DNA of 64,000 nt. Origin: Octopus sinensis. Taxonomy: Eukaryota. The DNA lies in NCBI RefSeq assembly GCF_006345805.1, contig NC_043011.1, forward strand, positions 29,896,464 through 29,960,463, read 5' to 3'. The notes under the pieces were generated by a model, which did not search any database, was not told the DNA's origin, and saw only the letters and a list, made by a program, of their open reading frames with translations. Numbering within the stretch: position 1 is the first letter of the stretch; every line of letters starts with the position of its first letter. This document shows, piece by piece, positions 1 to 11,505 of the stretch. The position numbers and the translations under genes are program-made.

Positions 1-546
1 GAGGGAAAGATTATGCAGAGATAACGGAGAAAACAGAAAAATGATTAAGAGAATTAGTTTGGAGTGAGGAGAGATAAAAAGAAATGAGACAAATGGACGA
101 AGAAGTAGAAAAGGAGGAGGAGAAGGTGAAGAAGAAGAAGAAGAAGAAGGAGAAGGGGAAGAGGAGGTGGAGGAGCGGTGAGAAGAAGGAAGAATAGGAG
201 GAAAAGGAAGAGGAGAAGAAAGGAGAAGAGGAGAAGGAGAAGAAAGGAGATTAGGAGGAAAAGGAAGAGAAGAAGAAAGGAGAATAGGAGGAAGAGGAAG
301 AAGAAGAGGGGAGAGAAAAGGAGGAAAAGGAAGAGGAGAAGGAGAAAGGAGAATAGGAGGAAGAGAAAGAGGAGAAGGAGAAGAAAGGAGAATAGGAGGA
401 AGAAGAGGAAAAGGAAGAGGAGAAGGAGAAGAAAGGAGAATAGGAGGAAGAGAAAGAGGAGAAGGAGAAGAAAGGAGAATAGGAGGAAGAGGAAGAAGAG
501 GAGGGGAAGAAGACTAAGAAGAAGAAGAAGAAGAAGAAGAAAATGA
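1..546. repeat. Homopurine GA-rich minisatellite/low-complexity tract
   Basis: Recurrent ggagaataggaggaagagg(a)aaag...ggagaaggagaagaaa units, ending in (GAA)n; almost no pyrimidines on the + strand. Confidence 0.9.
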
Positions 547-1039
547 CAAAGGGGTGAGAGTGGAGAATGACAGCAACAAAATCAATCAATCAATCAATCA
601 ATCAATGTCTTTAAACAAATCTAAGATGTCAAAAATTGAAGAATGATGGAGAGAATTCAATAGAGTAATAAACAGGCATCATCATAAAAGAGTGACACAT
701 AAATTCATAGAAATGAAAGAACACAAAAATAAGTAAAAAAAAAAGAAAAGAATCAAAAAGAGTGAAAAGGGTTAGGGTGGGGGGTGGAGAAAGAAACAGG
801 AAAGATAAAAAGAAACAAAAGATATTAAAGCAGAAATAGGAAAAGAGAGGGAAGCCCTTAAAAGTACTTTTATTGGTTTCTACGTTGCACTTCAAAGAAT
901 TATGTTCAAAAGGATCGGAATATGTGATATCATTTCATCAACTGATTTCTGTTTGTTGAGTCAATTTAATGGAGAAATTTCCTATTTCAGTCATCTGTTG
1001 CAATCGACCTATATATATATATATATATATGTGTGTATG

Positions 1040-1071
<32 letters not shown>

Positions 1072-1147
1072 GTGTGTGTGTGTGTATATTAGCATCATTG
1101 CACTCTGGCAGTATTTAATGGAAATGAGGGACAGACATGAAACTGTT

Positions 1148-1355
1148 GCTAGTGGCTGTGTGGTAAGTAGCTTGCTTAAAAACACATGGTTCTGGGTTCA
1201 ATCCCACTGTGTGGCACCTTGGGCAAGTGTATTCTACTATAGCCTCGGGCCGACCGAAGCCCTGTGAGTGGATTTGGTAGACGGAAACTGAAAGAAACCC
1301 GTCGTATATATGTATGTAATATATATATATATATACATACATACATACATATATA

Positions 1356-1398
<43 letters not shown>

Positions 1399-1612
1399 AT
1401 GTTTGTGTGTCTGTGTTTGTCCCCCCAACATCGCTTGACAACCGATGCTGGTGTGTTTACGTCCCCGTAACTTAGTGGTTCGGCAAAAGAGTCAGATAGA
1501 CTAAGGACTAGGCTTACAAAGAATAAGTCCTGGGGTCGATTTGCTCAACTAAACGCGGTGCTCCAGCATGGCCACATTCAAATGACAGAAAAAAGTAAAA
1601 GAGTAAAAGAGT
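1148..1612 (+). mobile_element. tRNA-derived SINE, family A (full length)
   Basis: A-box-like tggctgtgtgg and B-box-like ggttcaatccc; body ttgggcaagtg...ggtagacggaaactgaaag; internal (TA)/(TG)n; tail aaatgacagaaaaaagtaaaagagtaaaagag; about 25 related copies in the window. Confidence 0.9.
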
Positions 1613-2534
1613 ATTTCAACACATGGTCCTGAGAATACACACACACACACACACAAACACATGTACATATATATGCACGTATGTACGTATTCATGTATGT
1701 ATGTATTCATGTATGTATGTATAAATATGTCTATGGGTAAGTACGTATGTATCTACTTATATATATGTGGGGAGATGTACATGCAGATTCACACATACTC
1801 AAACACACAGACATATATAATAGACATATACAAGTAATACCCTGATAATTCTTGCAATCTAATATATATATACATACACACTCATATATACATATATATA
1901 TACATAGTATGTTTAAATATTTGTTGTGCAAGATTTTTTAAGGTTCTACCAAAAGGATAGGTTCTACCAATTATAGATTTGATAGGGTTGCCTGGCTTTT
2001 CAACAACCTTATATATATAAATATATATACATATATATATATATACATATATATATTTATATATATATACACATATATTCATATACACATATCTACATAT
2101 ATACATATATACATATATACATAGATACATATATACATAGATACATATATACATAGATACATATATACACACACATATATATATATATATATAAACACAT
2201 ATATACATATACATATTACATTTAATATATCTCTTCTCCTATAGAAATCTAAAAAGTTATCTGAAATAAACACTATCATTCATTTTTGCCTTAAACAGCC
2301 AAGCATAAGGTGTGAAGGTATGTTATCTCTTTTATCAAAAGCTGATTATCTTAGATATAAAGAAAATATTCAATTTCTCAATTACTGTAGTATATGAAAC
2401 TAGACTTGCATGAAAATTAATCAAATATAATTATTAAACCACCATGAATCTAAAAATCAGTAATTCTTTTCAATATAACAGAAACAGTTCTTTATATCAC
2501 TATTAATAGACAGGCTGTTAATCTTTTATTAATT

Positions 2535-2808
2535 TTTGTATTACTTGTTTCAGCTATTTGGCAACAGCCATCCTGGGGCACCATGTCAAAGAATTTTTAG
2601 TCAAATGAATTGACCCGCTACTTATAAGCCTGGTAATTTTTTTCTGTTGGTCTCTTTTTGCTGAACCACTAAGTTACGGGCACACCAACACAGGTTGTCA
2701 GGCAGTGGTGCCGGACAAACATAGATATGATGACAGACACAGGCACGCACAAAAATATATATGTGTGTGTGTGAATGTGTATGTATGTATATACATACAC
2801 ACACACAT

Positions 2809-2855
<47 letters not shown>

Positions 2856-2993
2856 ACAGGCTTCTTTCAGTTTCCATCTGCCAAATCCACTCACAAGGCT
2901 ATAATAGAAGACACTTGCCCAAGATGCCATGCAATGGGGTTGGATCTAGAACCATGTGGTTGGGAAGCAAGCTTCTTACCACACAGCCATGCC
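2535..2993 (-). mobile_element. SINE family A
   Basis: Reverse-complement match to 1148-1612, including the internal microsatellite. Confidence 0.85.
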
Positions 2994-3169
2994 TTTGCAT
3001 AAATGGAAAACAAAACAACCAAGCACTCAAGGATTTATTAGTCAATAAGGTCTTTTGTAATCAACTAAATTATTTTAAAGCGACATTGTGATTAATGACA
3101 GTTTTATCCATTTACAGAGATAAAAAGCTTTGAAATAATGTCACACTGAAATATGAATAGAGTTAGAAA

Positions 3170-3372
3170 TTTCTTTCTTTCTTGCCCACAGGGGGCTAAA
3201 CATAGAAGGGACCAACAAGGTCAGATAAGTGGATTCAGTGGATTACATCAAGCCCAGTAATTAACTGGTACTTATTTAATCGACTGTGAAAGGATGAAAG
3301 GAAAAATCGACCTCGACAGAATTTGAACTCAGAACGTAATGGCAGACGAAATACCGCTAAGCATTTCGCCAA
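3170..3372 (-). mobile_element. SINE family B fragment
   Basis: gaaaggatgaaagg..aatcgacctcg..gaatttgaactcagaacgta..gacgaaataccgctaagcatttcgcc motif shared with 14876-15105 and 60245-60650. Confidence 0.8.
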
Positions 3373-4361
3373 GCTAAACTTGTCTCAAAATTAGATTGTT
3401 TTAGTTTGAAATAAAGCAGATATCAAGTAATATCGCATATCAGGTATTAAATATTAGAGCATATTTGATAGCATTAAAAAAATGCCTTAAAAATTAACCT
3501 TGGATGCCTCAAAATTATTCTTGGACCTCTTATATACCTTAGAATGTCTCAACCTATTAACCTTGGAATGCCTCAAAAATTAACCTGGAACTTCTTATAA
3601 GCTTTAAGACCCTAAAAACGTTTTCCTGGATAAACTCTACACTAATTTGGGTGCATTAAATATATTTCTATGTCTTCTATGCCATTAAATATGGTAGTTT
3701 AAGATCCTGAGAAACCTATTTAAGATATTCAATGAGGGTTTGTTTGAGTGTGTGTATGTGTGCATGCATGTGTGTGTGTGAGTGAGTTTGTGTGTGTGTG
3801 TGCATGTTTGTGTGTGTGTGTGATGTTATGGTAAAATATTTTTTATTTACAATACTCATAAAATACTCAGGCAAGAACAGTGTATGTGGTAGTTTTAACT
3901 TACTTTGTTCAATTTGATACAATAATGAAAATATTAAAAAATAATTGTCTTATAGTAATCTGTTCAAACTTATGCAAATTATTAATTAATACAAAGTTAA
4001 ATTGCTATTAGTAATATTTCACCTTTTTGTATTAATACTGATGAGAATAAAAAGTAACTTGTATTTGTCATAAAAATTAGTTAAATTCATCATCCTCATT
4101 CAATGTATGTATTTACATGCTTGTTGTATGGGTCACATGAAATATATTGAGGCATATTTTCTACAGCCAGATGCTCTTCCTGTCACCAACCCTTATCTGT
4201 TTCCAGGCAAAGTAATATTTCTCCGTTGCCAGACATGTTTCCATGGAAGACTGGAAAATGGAGGACACCACTCATGAGGGCAACACTTATTTACAGCTAA
4301 CACACAATATCAAGTTGTCAAGGAGACAAATGACACTCACTTCCATATATATATATCTATA

Positions 4362-4397
<36 letters not shown>

Positions 4398-5103
4398 CAT
4401 CAGTTGCAGTCCAGGAGAAGTGAGAGACAAATAAGATTTATTTCCCCATGGTTACAGCCATTTCATTATTCAGTTTCTGTTACCTCATTGACACTGAACT
4501 GATTCAAAAGTGCATACACATTATACACACTTCACATATACAGTTTATACATACATACATATGTGTATATACAAATCAAATGTATAAGGGTATAACAATG
4601 CACCAAAGTGAACAACTCTTCCGACCATTTTCCAGGCATCCCAGATTAATTTCTAATGCACAAGATAAAAATCAACTTATTTTATACTTGAATGGTAAAT
4701 TGAGAGAATTTTTAAAAGTCCGTTGCAAAAAATGAATCTTTAAAAAAAATTATAGGAACTTTCTATGAAGGGTTTCATTAGAAAAAAGTTTAGCAGTTCA
4801 AATGCCAGTAAAAGGTATAGTGTATAGACACTAAAATTTAGACATAAGCTAAAAAATATATTCAGTAACTATTCAGACTAAGCCAGTTTCTAATTATTTT
4901 AACCATGGGTATCCCACTCCACAATGAAATGCAGAAAAGAGAAATGCTGATGCCAAATGAGAACAAAGATCCACTTAGTAGAATTAGCTGCAGGATGTGT
5001 GCATGCCCTTCTGCTTGTGTTTGTTCCCCACCGTTGCTTAACAATGTGCACGAGTGTTGATTTGTTTGAGTAAAACTATTGAGGTAGTGCTCCAGCATGA
5101 CCG

Positions 5104-5592
5104 CAGTTCAAGAACCCTCCATCAGGCATTTGCCATATTCTGAACGCCTTACTTTCCTGGGCATGGATACATTGAAACTCCGATGTCTGGCAGCTGACTC
5201 GGCAGACACCCATAAAATTATTAACCATCTTACTAACAATAACTCTAAGCACCTTTTCAAACTCCACCTGTCTAACACCCGTGGACATGTTTACAAAGTC
5301 AGAAAACAGCACAGCTCCCATGATTTTCAGAAACATTTTTTCATGCTAAGAGTTGCTGAAGTATGGAACAAACTGCTGGCATCAGTTGTTAGTTGTCGGA
5401 GCACTGCATCCTTCAAAACTTCTATGCTTCCTGAGATTTGCCAACACTACACCTGATTTTCTCCCGTCCATACACTGTTCACTTCCCAGACATTTGTACA
5501 TTACTGCATATGCTTTATATGCACTTTTGACAAGTTGTGGTGCACCTGAGCACTGTATACAATAATTTCATTATTATTATTATTATTATTTT
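5104..5592 (+). mobile_element. CR1/L2-clade LINE 3' end (ORF2 C-terminus + 3'UTR + (ATT)n tail)
   Basis: ORF 5097-5456 contains LPYSERLTFLGMDTL, TRGHVYKV and HFFMLRVAEVWNKL, matching the CR1 ORF2 C-terminal signature (LPYEERL..TRGH..L.K..FF..RVV..WN.LP); ends in (ATT)n. Confidence 0.85.
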
Positions 5593-5659
5593 AACTGAAA
5601 AAATTAAAAAATAAAAGTCTAAGCAAGTTCTGTGTGATATTTACATATAGTAATGCTGA

Positions 5660-5940
5660 TCAGTCGAGGGTGGACAGCCTAGGTTAGGGTGTTGCACCCA
5701 TATCACATAATTGTGGTTTCAATTCCTTGACTGAGAGGGGAATTGTGTTCCTGAGCAAAACACTTCATCTCATGTTGCTCTGCAGTCACTTTGACACCTG
5801 ATGTGTTGCACACCTGTTCAGGCAATGACAATTTAATGTAGGTAGTGAGCTAATGTACAGCACATGCGTTTAATCTCTATAAGCAAACCATTTATGCAGA
5901 TTGTTCAGCAAAAAATTGTAGAACCATCTTTCTTGGACTA
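5660..5940 (+). mobile_element. tRNA-derived SINE family C, decayed
   Basis: ggttagggtgtt head and gtgttcctgagcaaaacacttcat core shared with 21878-22138 and 30693-30951. Confidence 0.6.
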
Positions 5941-6529
5941 TGAGAAACCATCATAATCAACACCAATATTGATTAGCACACTAGGGATCACACTTCACAG
6001 TGAATGTTCTGTTCTTAACAGACACAAAATCCCAATTGTGTTCATTAAACCTCATTGGTAAAAACCCCTTCAAGATACCAGGTGTTAGAATATCACTGAC
6101 TACCCTGAACCAGATGAAACAAATTGCCCAATAGCTGAACGAGAATAGTGGATACTGATATTTTACTGTTATTTCAGTTCTCAGTATCATATACCCAAGT
6201 CACCTTGAAACAAATTTGAATTGCTGGTCTGAGGCATATATGCAAATAGCTTAAGATCTATCTGCTGATGTGCAATAGTGCTGCATGAGTAAAACAAAAT
6301 TCTGTTTTGAATTATAAGCTGCTCTAATAATGTAAACATTAGTGATGTCACATACTGAATGTATGTGTTTTGTTTATGTGCTTATTAGCTGCAGGATTGC
6401 ATCAGAGTAATTAAGTATGCAAATATTCTCTGATCACAAAACAAGCATGTAAGTTACTGTGAAGCTGTTTTATGTGTGCGTGTGAGTGTGGAGGGGAGGG
6501 ATTCTAATGAATATATGTTATGGAAATGT

Positions 6530-6900
6530 GGGCACAGGCATGGCTGTGTCTCTGCAGGTATGTCGTTTGAGATTCGGTCTACCTGCACAGCACCATGGGC
6601 AAGTGTCTTCTACTATAACTCTGGGCTGACCATTGTTGTTTAGTGAGTCAGTTAGATGGAAGCTGTGTAGAAGCATATTATACATATGTGTGTGTGTGTG
6701 TGTGTTTGTACCCCATCACCACTCAATAACTAGCTTGGGTTTGTTTACTACCCTACAACTTAGCAGCTCAGCATAAGAGGCTGAGAGAATAAGTACCTGG
6801 CTTAGAATAAATACTGGTGTTGACTTGTTTGACTGAATCTTTGCATGCAGTGCCCCAGCATGGCCACAGTCCAATGAGTAAAACGAGTGAAAGATATGAG
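6530..6900 (+). mobile_element. SINE family A, decayed
   Basis: ggcacaggcatggctgtg head, gggcaagtgtcttctactata and ccccagcatggccacagtc tail motifs. Confidence 0.75.
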
Positions 6901-6949
6901 ATGAAACAGTGTTTGAATTAGTCCTCACTCCCAGCTGCTATAACCAAAT

Positions 6950-7165
6950 ATGAGAGAAAGAGAGAGAGAGAAAGAGAGAGACAGAGAGACAGACAGAGAT
7001 AGAGACAGTCGGAGATAGAGACAGATAGACAGAGATACGGAGAGTGAGAGAGAAAGGGTGAGGAAAGAGAGACAGAGAGAGAGAGATAGACAGACAGAGA
7101 CAGAGAGGAGGGGGAAGGAAAAAGAGGAGAGAGAGAGGGAGGAAGAGAGAGAGAGAGAGAGATGT
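6950..7165. repeat. (GA)n/(GACA)n microsatellite
   Basis: Direct reading. Confidence 0.9.
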
Positions 7166-8461
7166 TTTTGAAATGCTTAACGCATTAACTTAATTCAAAT
7201 TAACATATTTAATTTAATACTTAAAACAATTACAATTAATTTAAGGAGAGTAAAAATGACAATTGAACATCTCAGTTAATTGTAATTAGATCATAATTCT
7301 TAATATTCAATGACATTTCATAGTTATTGCCCCTTCCAGACTTGATCAGATTTAACTGCATTTTGCTTTTTTGTTTTTTTTATTACATATTTTTTTATCT
7401 TTCCTTCCATCCTACAGGAGAAGCTTTAATTTATTAAAATTGCTTTGCTGAATGCATTAAGATGCTTTTTGTTTTTGGTACATGCATAGCTGTTTATTTT
7501 CTATGCATATGGCATCCCTGTGCAATTTCTCCCCAGTTATCAAAAATTGGGACAAACTCCCAACATAATCCCAATAACATATTCTGCTAATGACATTGGA
7601 GACAAAAAAAAAAATAATAATAACCAAATAAATTAATTAATAAAAGATATAACACACATAATTAAAAAGAAAAAGTAAAATATATGTAATGAAGTTGATA
7701 AAAATAAAAACCAAACAAAAAGCAACAAATAAAAAAAATCACGCTAGATGAAAGATTTGAAATACAATTAACAGATGTTGTCTCCCTTTAATGTCACGAG
7801 AATTAATGAATGTAACCAATCAGGAAAATACTATCTTGCTCTAAACACCATCACTGCTTTCATTTACTCCAATGCCAACACAACTAACAAGTCCTCGCCA
7901 CACACCATCCCATGGCCATCACTTCATTTGCAGAAAACCAATAAATAAATAAATGAATAAATAAATAACTAAATAGATAAATAGTCAATGAAAGAAACAT
8001 ATATAAATAGATGAATAAATAATTTTAATAATTTACTGAAACAAAATCCATTTACTTATCTATTAGCTGCTATCATCAAAGAAACGCTGCCTAAAGGATT
8101 ACACACAACCGTATTATATCTTGAGAAACTAGGATACAACAGAAGCGAATCACAAAATTTCAAATGAATTTATGTGTCGGTATATGTGTGTGTGTGTGTG
8201 TGTTAGCAATGATGGGAAACAAATATCTTGCTAATATAATGATAATTGTTTTTTCATGCAAAGGATCTAAGCAAAGTGCTCAGTAAACGTGAAATGAATT
8301 CAGGCATGGAGCGATGCCGTAATGAAATGTAATGATGGCTATAAATGTGAGGATGCTAGAAAATAAAATCATATACATATGAAAGCTTAAATATATGTGT
8401 GTGTGTGTGTGTATGTGTATATATATACATATATATATATATTCATATATATATATGTGTT

Positions 8462-8662
8462 GATTCGCTAGCTTCTGCACACATTTTTTTTCTCTCCTTG
8501 TTTCTCTCCGTGTTTCTTTTCTGTGTATCTTTCTGTTGAAGAGCGTAGGCTCAAACCGTAAAAGACTTGTTTTATTTATATTCCTGAGTGCCATACTAAT
8601 ACAATTGTTTGTTTGTATTCCACCTGCCTTCGTCTTTTGTTTATTTTCATAAAGCTTCCTGT
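8462..8662 (+). mobile_element. PLE-associated tail repeat with a degenerate hammerhead-like motif
   Basis: Homologous to 49068-49222 (opposite strand); tcttt CTGTTGA a gagc gtag gctc aaacc GTA aaaga at 8528-8565. Confidence 0.65.
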
Positions 8663-8664
8663 TA

Positions 8665-8697
<33 letters not shown>

Positions 8698-8753
8698 CAT
8701 CATCATCATCATCATCGTCGTTTAACGTCCGTTCTCCATGCTAGCATGGGTTG

Positions 8754-8795
<42 letters not shown>

Positions 8796-8807
8796 ATACA
8801 TATATAT

Positions 8808-8927
8808 CACGTGACTTATCACGTGACCGACCAGACCATCAGATGTAGTTACACATCGCTGGTCACAATGTGTTCGCATTGTTTTAGCCTTCGAATGACG
8901 CCACCCCGCTGGCTAAGTGAGCAGGCC
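8808..8927. repeat. ~120-bp structured interspersed repeat (copy 1 of 3)
   Basis: Related copies at 43872-43990 and 58789-58897; tcacgtga terminal motif; several internal hairpins; all copies abut (TA)n. Confidence 0.8.
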
Positions 8928-8930
8928 ATT

Positions 8931-8977
<47 letters not shown>

Positions 8978-8997
8978 TATATAAAATGGAATGTATA

Positions 8998-9608
8998 CAG
9001 GGTGCCATGGGTAAATTGTCACCATTTTATATTTTTTATTTCATATATACACATTGTTTGTTTTTGATTTTGTCAACTACACAGTATAGTAGGGTCAGTT
9101 GGGCACTGTCTGTGAGAAAAACAGCGCCATGATGCAATTCACTCTGCCAGAAATTTGGAAATGACTTACTGTGCTGCTTGGCATTCATGCCAGAAGCTCA
9201 AGTACAAACATTTCAGAGTGTTTCGGTGTCAATATAAGGAGAGTGTAAGCTGAGGACATGTACCGAGACTGATAACAATCAGGCATCCAGTCAGCATCAT
9301 GGTGCTTGGAGTGATCACTAGTGATTGCAACGTTATGTTTCCATTCATCTTCCCACATGGCCTGAGACTTAACATGGATGCCTTCATCAGGTGCCTGGTG
9401 GTGATAGTGCTGCCCTGGCTCAAGAGGGTGGGTGCTGGAAGACCCTATGACTGGCAACAGGACTCTGCACCATGCCACACAGGCAGGAGAACCCAGTCAT
9501 GGTTGTCAGTCAATTTCTGCGACCACACCACCCCTGACATCTGACCACCTAACTCCACAGACTGTGAGCCCCTAAGCGAGAGACCAACAAATCACATTGT
9601 AACACCAG
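8998..9608 (+). mobile_element. Tc1/mariner (maT/DD37D-like) internally deleted element, 5' part
   Basis: Starts TA|CAGGGTG; encodes IMVLGVITSD..FIFPHGLRLN..WQQDSAPCHT..(W)PPNS..ERETNK; second copy at 15848-16327. Confidence 0.8.
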
Positions 9609-10860
9609 ATTCACCGAATCTCATATATTGTATCATATGCAAACTCCGTAGTGCTCTTTACATTGGAGAAACAGAGCAACACCTTGGGGATGGCTTTCAC
9701 AAACACATCAGAAGCATAATTCTGCTTATGCCAGGCCAATCTGTTGCCACCCACTTCAACACTGTGAATCATTCTATGCAGATTTATTAGTATGTGGCAT
9801 GGCCTTGCACTACAGACCCCACAACTTCTCTAGGAAACAAAAGGAGCAACGTCTCATATTTAATCTTCGCACTATTGTCCCCAACAGGTATGAATGGACG
9901 TTTTTCTTTTCATCCTTTCACCTCCTCTTTTTTACCCTCTTTAATCCTTTTTCTCCCCTCTTTCTGCAACACTCCTCTCTTTACTTACCTATACTCTCTC
10001 TATCATCTTTTTCCCTCACCTTTCTGTATGCCCTCTCCTATAACTTCTGCTTCATGTTTGCAGCCCATGTTATTCTGCGTTCATTATCAGTTGCAGCCAG
10101 TTTTTCAAGCTTAACCCCTTACCCAACAATTATTTTGAAAATAAATGTATTTTTTCAGACATATTTTTTAATTGTTTTATTTTACTATGTTTTGAATGGT
10201 GATTTCGAGGTATATTTTAAACCTCATTTATTATGAAGGGGGTGGAGCCATATCATCTCCTAATCTAAGTCGGTGCCAGTCTCTTGCATCTACCACATCC
10301 TCATCTTCAGTTTCTTCACTTGAATAAAACTCTTCTGACGAACTTTCACTCTCATCAGATGTATCCAACCCTCCAAGAGAAGCTTCATAATCGTTATCAT
10401 CATCAGAGCTCGACATGGTGGGGTTATAATATAAAGGTATAAAAAAAACAACGTAAAAACAAAGTGAATACTTCTATTCATAAAATGTGCCTTCCAACCC
10501 TTCGACTGTCTCCAGGTGACTAAATCATACTCAGTCTTCAATGCCTTACACAAGCGAAAGGTGGCAGAAATCGTCACTGCCAGACATATAAAGTGAGCGA
10601 ATATACTTGTATATGTCAAAAAAGAGTTTATAATAGACAAAGGAACTCGTTTGCTGTCGATTTTGGCGAGTCTATCTTTTGACGAGTTAACTCGCCAGAG
10701 ATAGAAAAAAACGATTTCGGTCAAAACGCATATATTCGTTTCTGCCGGGTAAGGGGTTAAACTGTGTTCGACTTTTTTCTCAGCCTCCTGACGAAGATTT
10801 GAATCCAAAACGTTGGATATTCCACTCCTCACAACAAGTTCACTGTACCTCTTTCAATTT
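9609..10860 (+). mobile_element. Penelope-like element 3' fragment (GIY-YIG endonuclease + tail), interrupted by a piggyBac insertion
   Basis: NLIYCIICK..LYIGETEQHL..F..H..VATHFN..RKQKEQRLIFNLRTIVPNGMN with frameshifts; tail resumes after 10760 with a relic hammerhead CTGACGA..aaaacgtt at 10788-10814. Confidence 0.85.
10111..10760 (-). mobile_element. piggyBac-type non-autonomous deletion derivative
   Basis: TTAA|CCCCTTACCC ... GGGTAAGGGG|TTAA perfect termini; minus-strand acidic ORF 10231-10416 (MSSSDDDNDYE...ARDWHRL) resembles a piggyBac transposase N-terminus. Confidence 0.85.
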
Positions 10861-10902
10861 TTCCTATTGTATATATATATACTTATACACACACACACAC
10901 AT

Positions 10903-10939
<37 letters not shown>

Positions 10940-10981
10940 ACCCATGCTAGCATGGAAAGCGGATGTCAAACGATGATGATG

Positions 10982-11032
<51 letters not shown>

Positions 11033-11098
11033 ATATTATTTTTAATAATGCTTATTTAATTTAGTGATTTTTTCAATAATATTTATTATTATTCTATA

Positions 11099-11505
11099 GG
11101 CACAGGAGTGGCTGTGTGGTAAGTAGTTTGCTTACCAACCACATGGTTTCAGGTTCATTCCCACTGTGTGGCAACTTGGGCAAGTGTCTTCTACTATAGC
11201 CTCAGGCTGACCAAAGCCTTGTGAGTGGATTTGGTAGACAGAAACTGAAAGAAGCCCATCGTGTATATGTAGATATATATATATGTATGTGTGTGTATAT
11301 GTTTGTGTGTCTGCATTTGTCCCCCCAACATCGCTTGACAACCGATGCTGGTGTGTTTACGTCCCTGTAACTTAGCAGTTCAGCAAAAGATACCGATAGA
11401 ATAAGTGCTAGGCTTCCAAAGAATAAGTCCTGGGGTTAATTTGCTTGACTAAAGGCGATGCTCGAGCATAGCCACAGTCAAATGACTGAAACAAGTAAAA
11501 AAGTA
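11099..11505 (+). mobile_element. SINE family A (full length)
   Basis: ggcacaggagtggctgtgtgg head through aaatgactgaaacaagtaaaa tail. Confidence 0.9.

Noticed and set aside
178-546. 122-aa Arg/Lys-rich ORF resembling a protamine
   Set aside because: Translation of a GA simple repeat; no ATG start, and any frame gives R/K/E
8808-8927. HDV-like ribozyme assignment for the 120-bp repeat
   Set aside because: Could not place P1, P3/L3 and P1.1 in the required order on either strand
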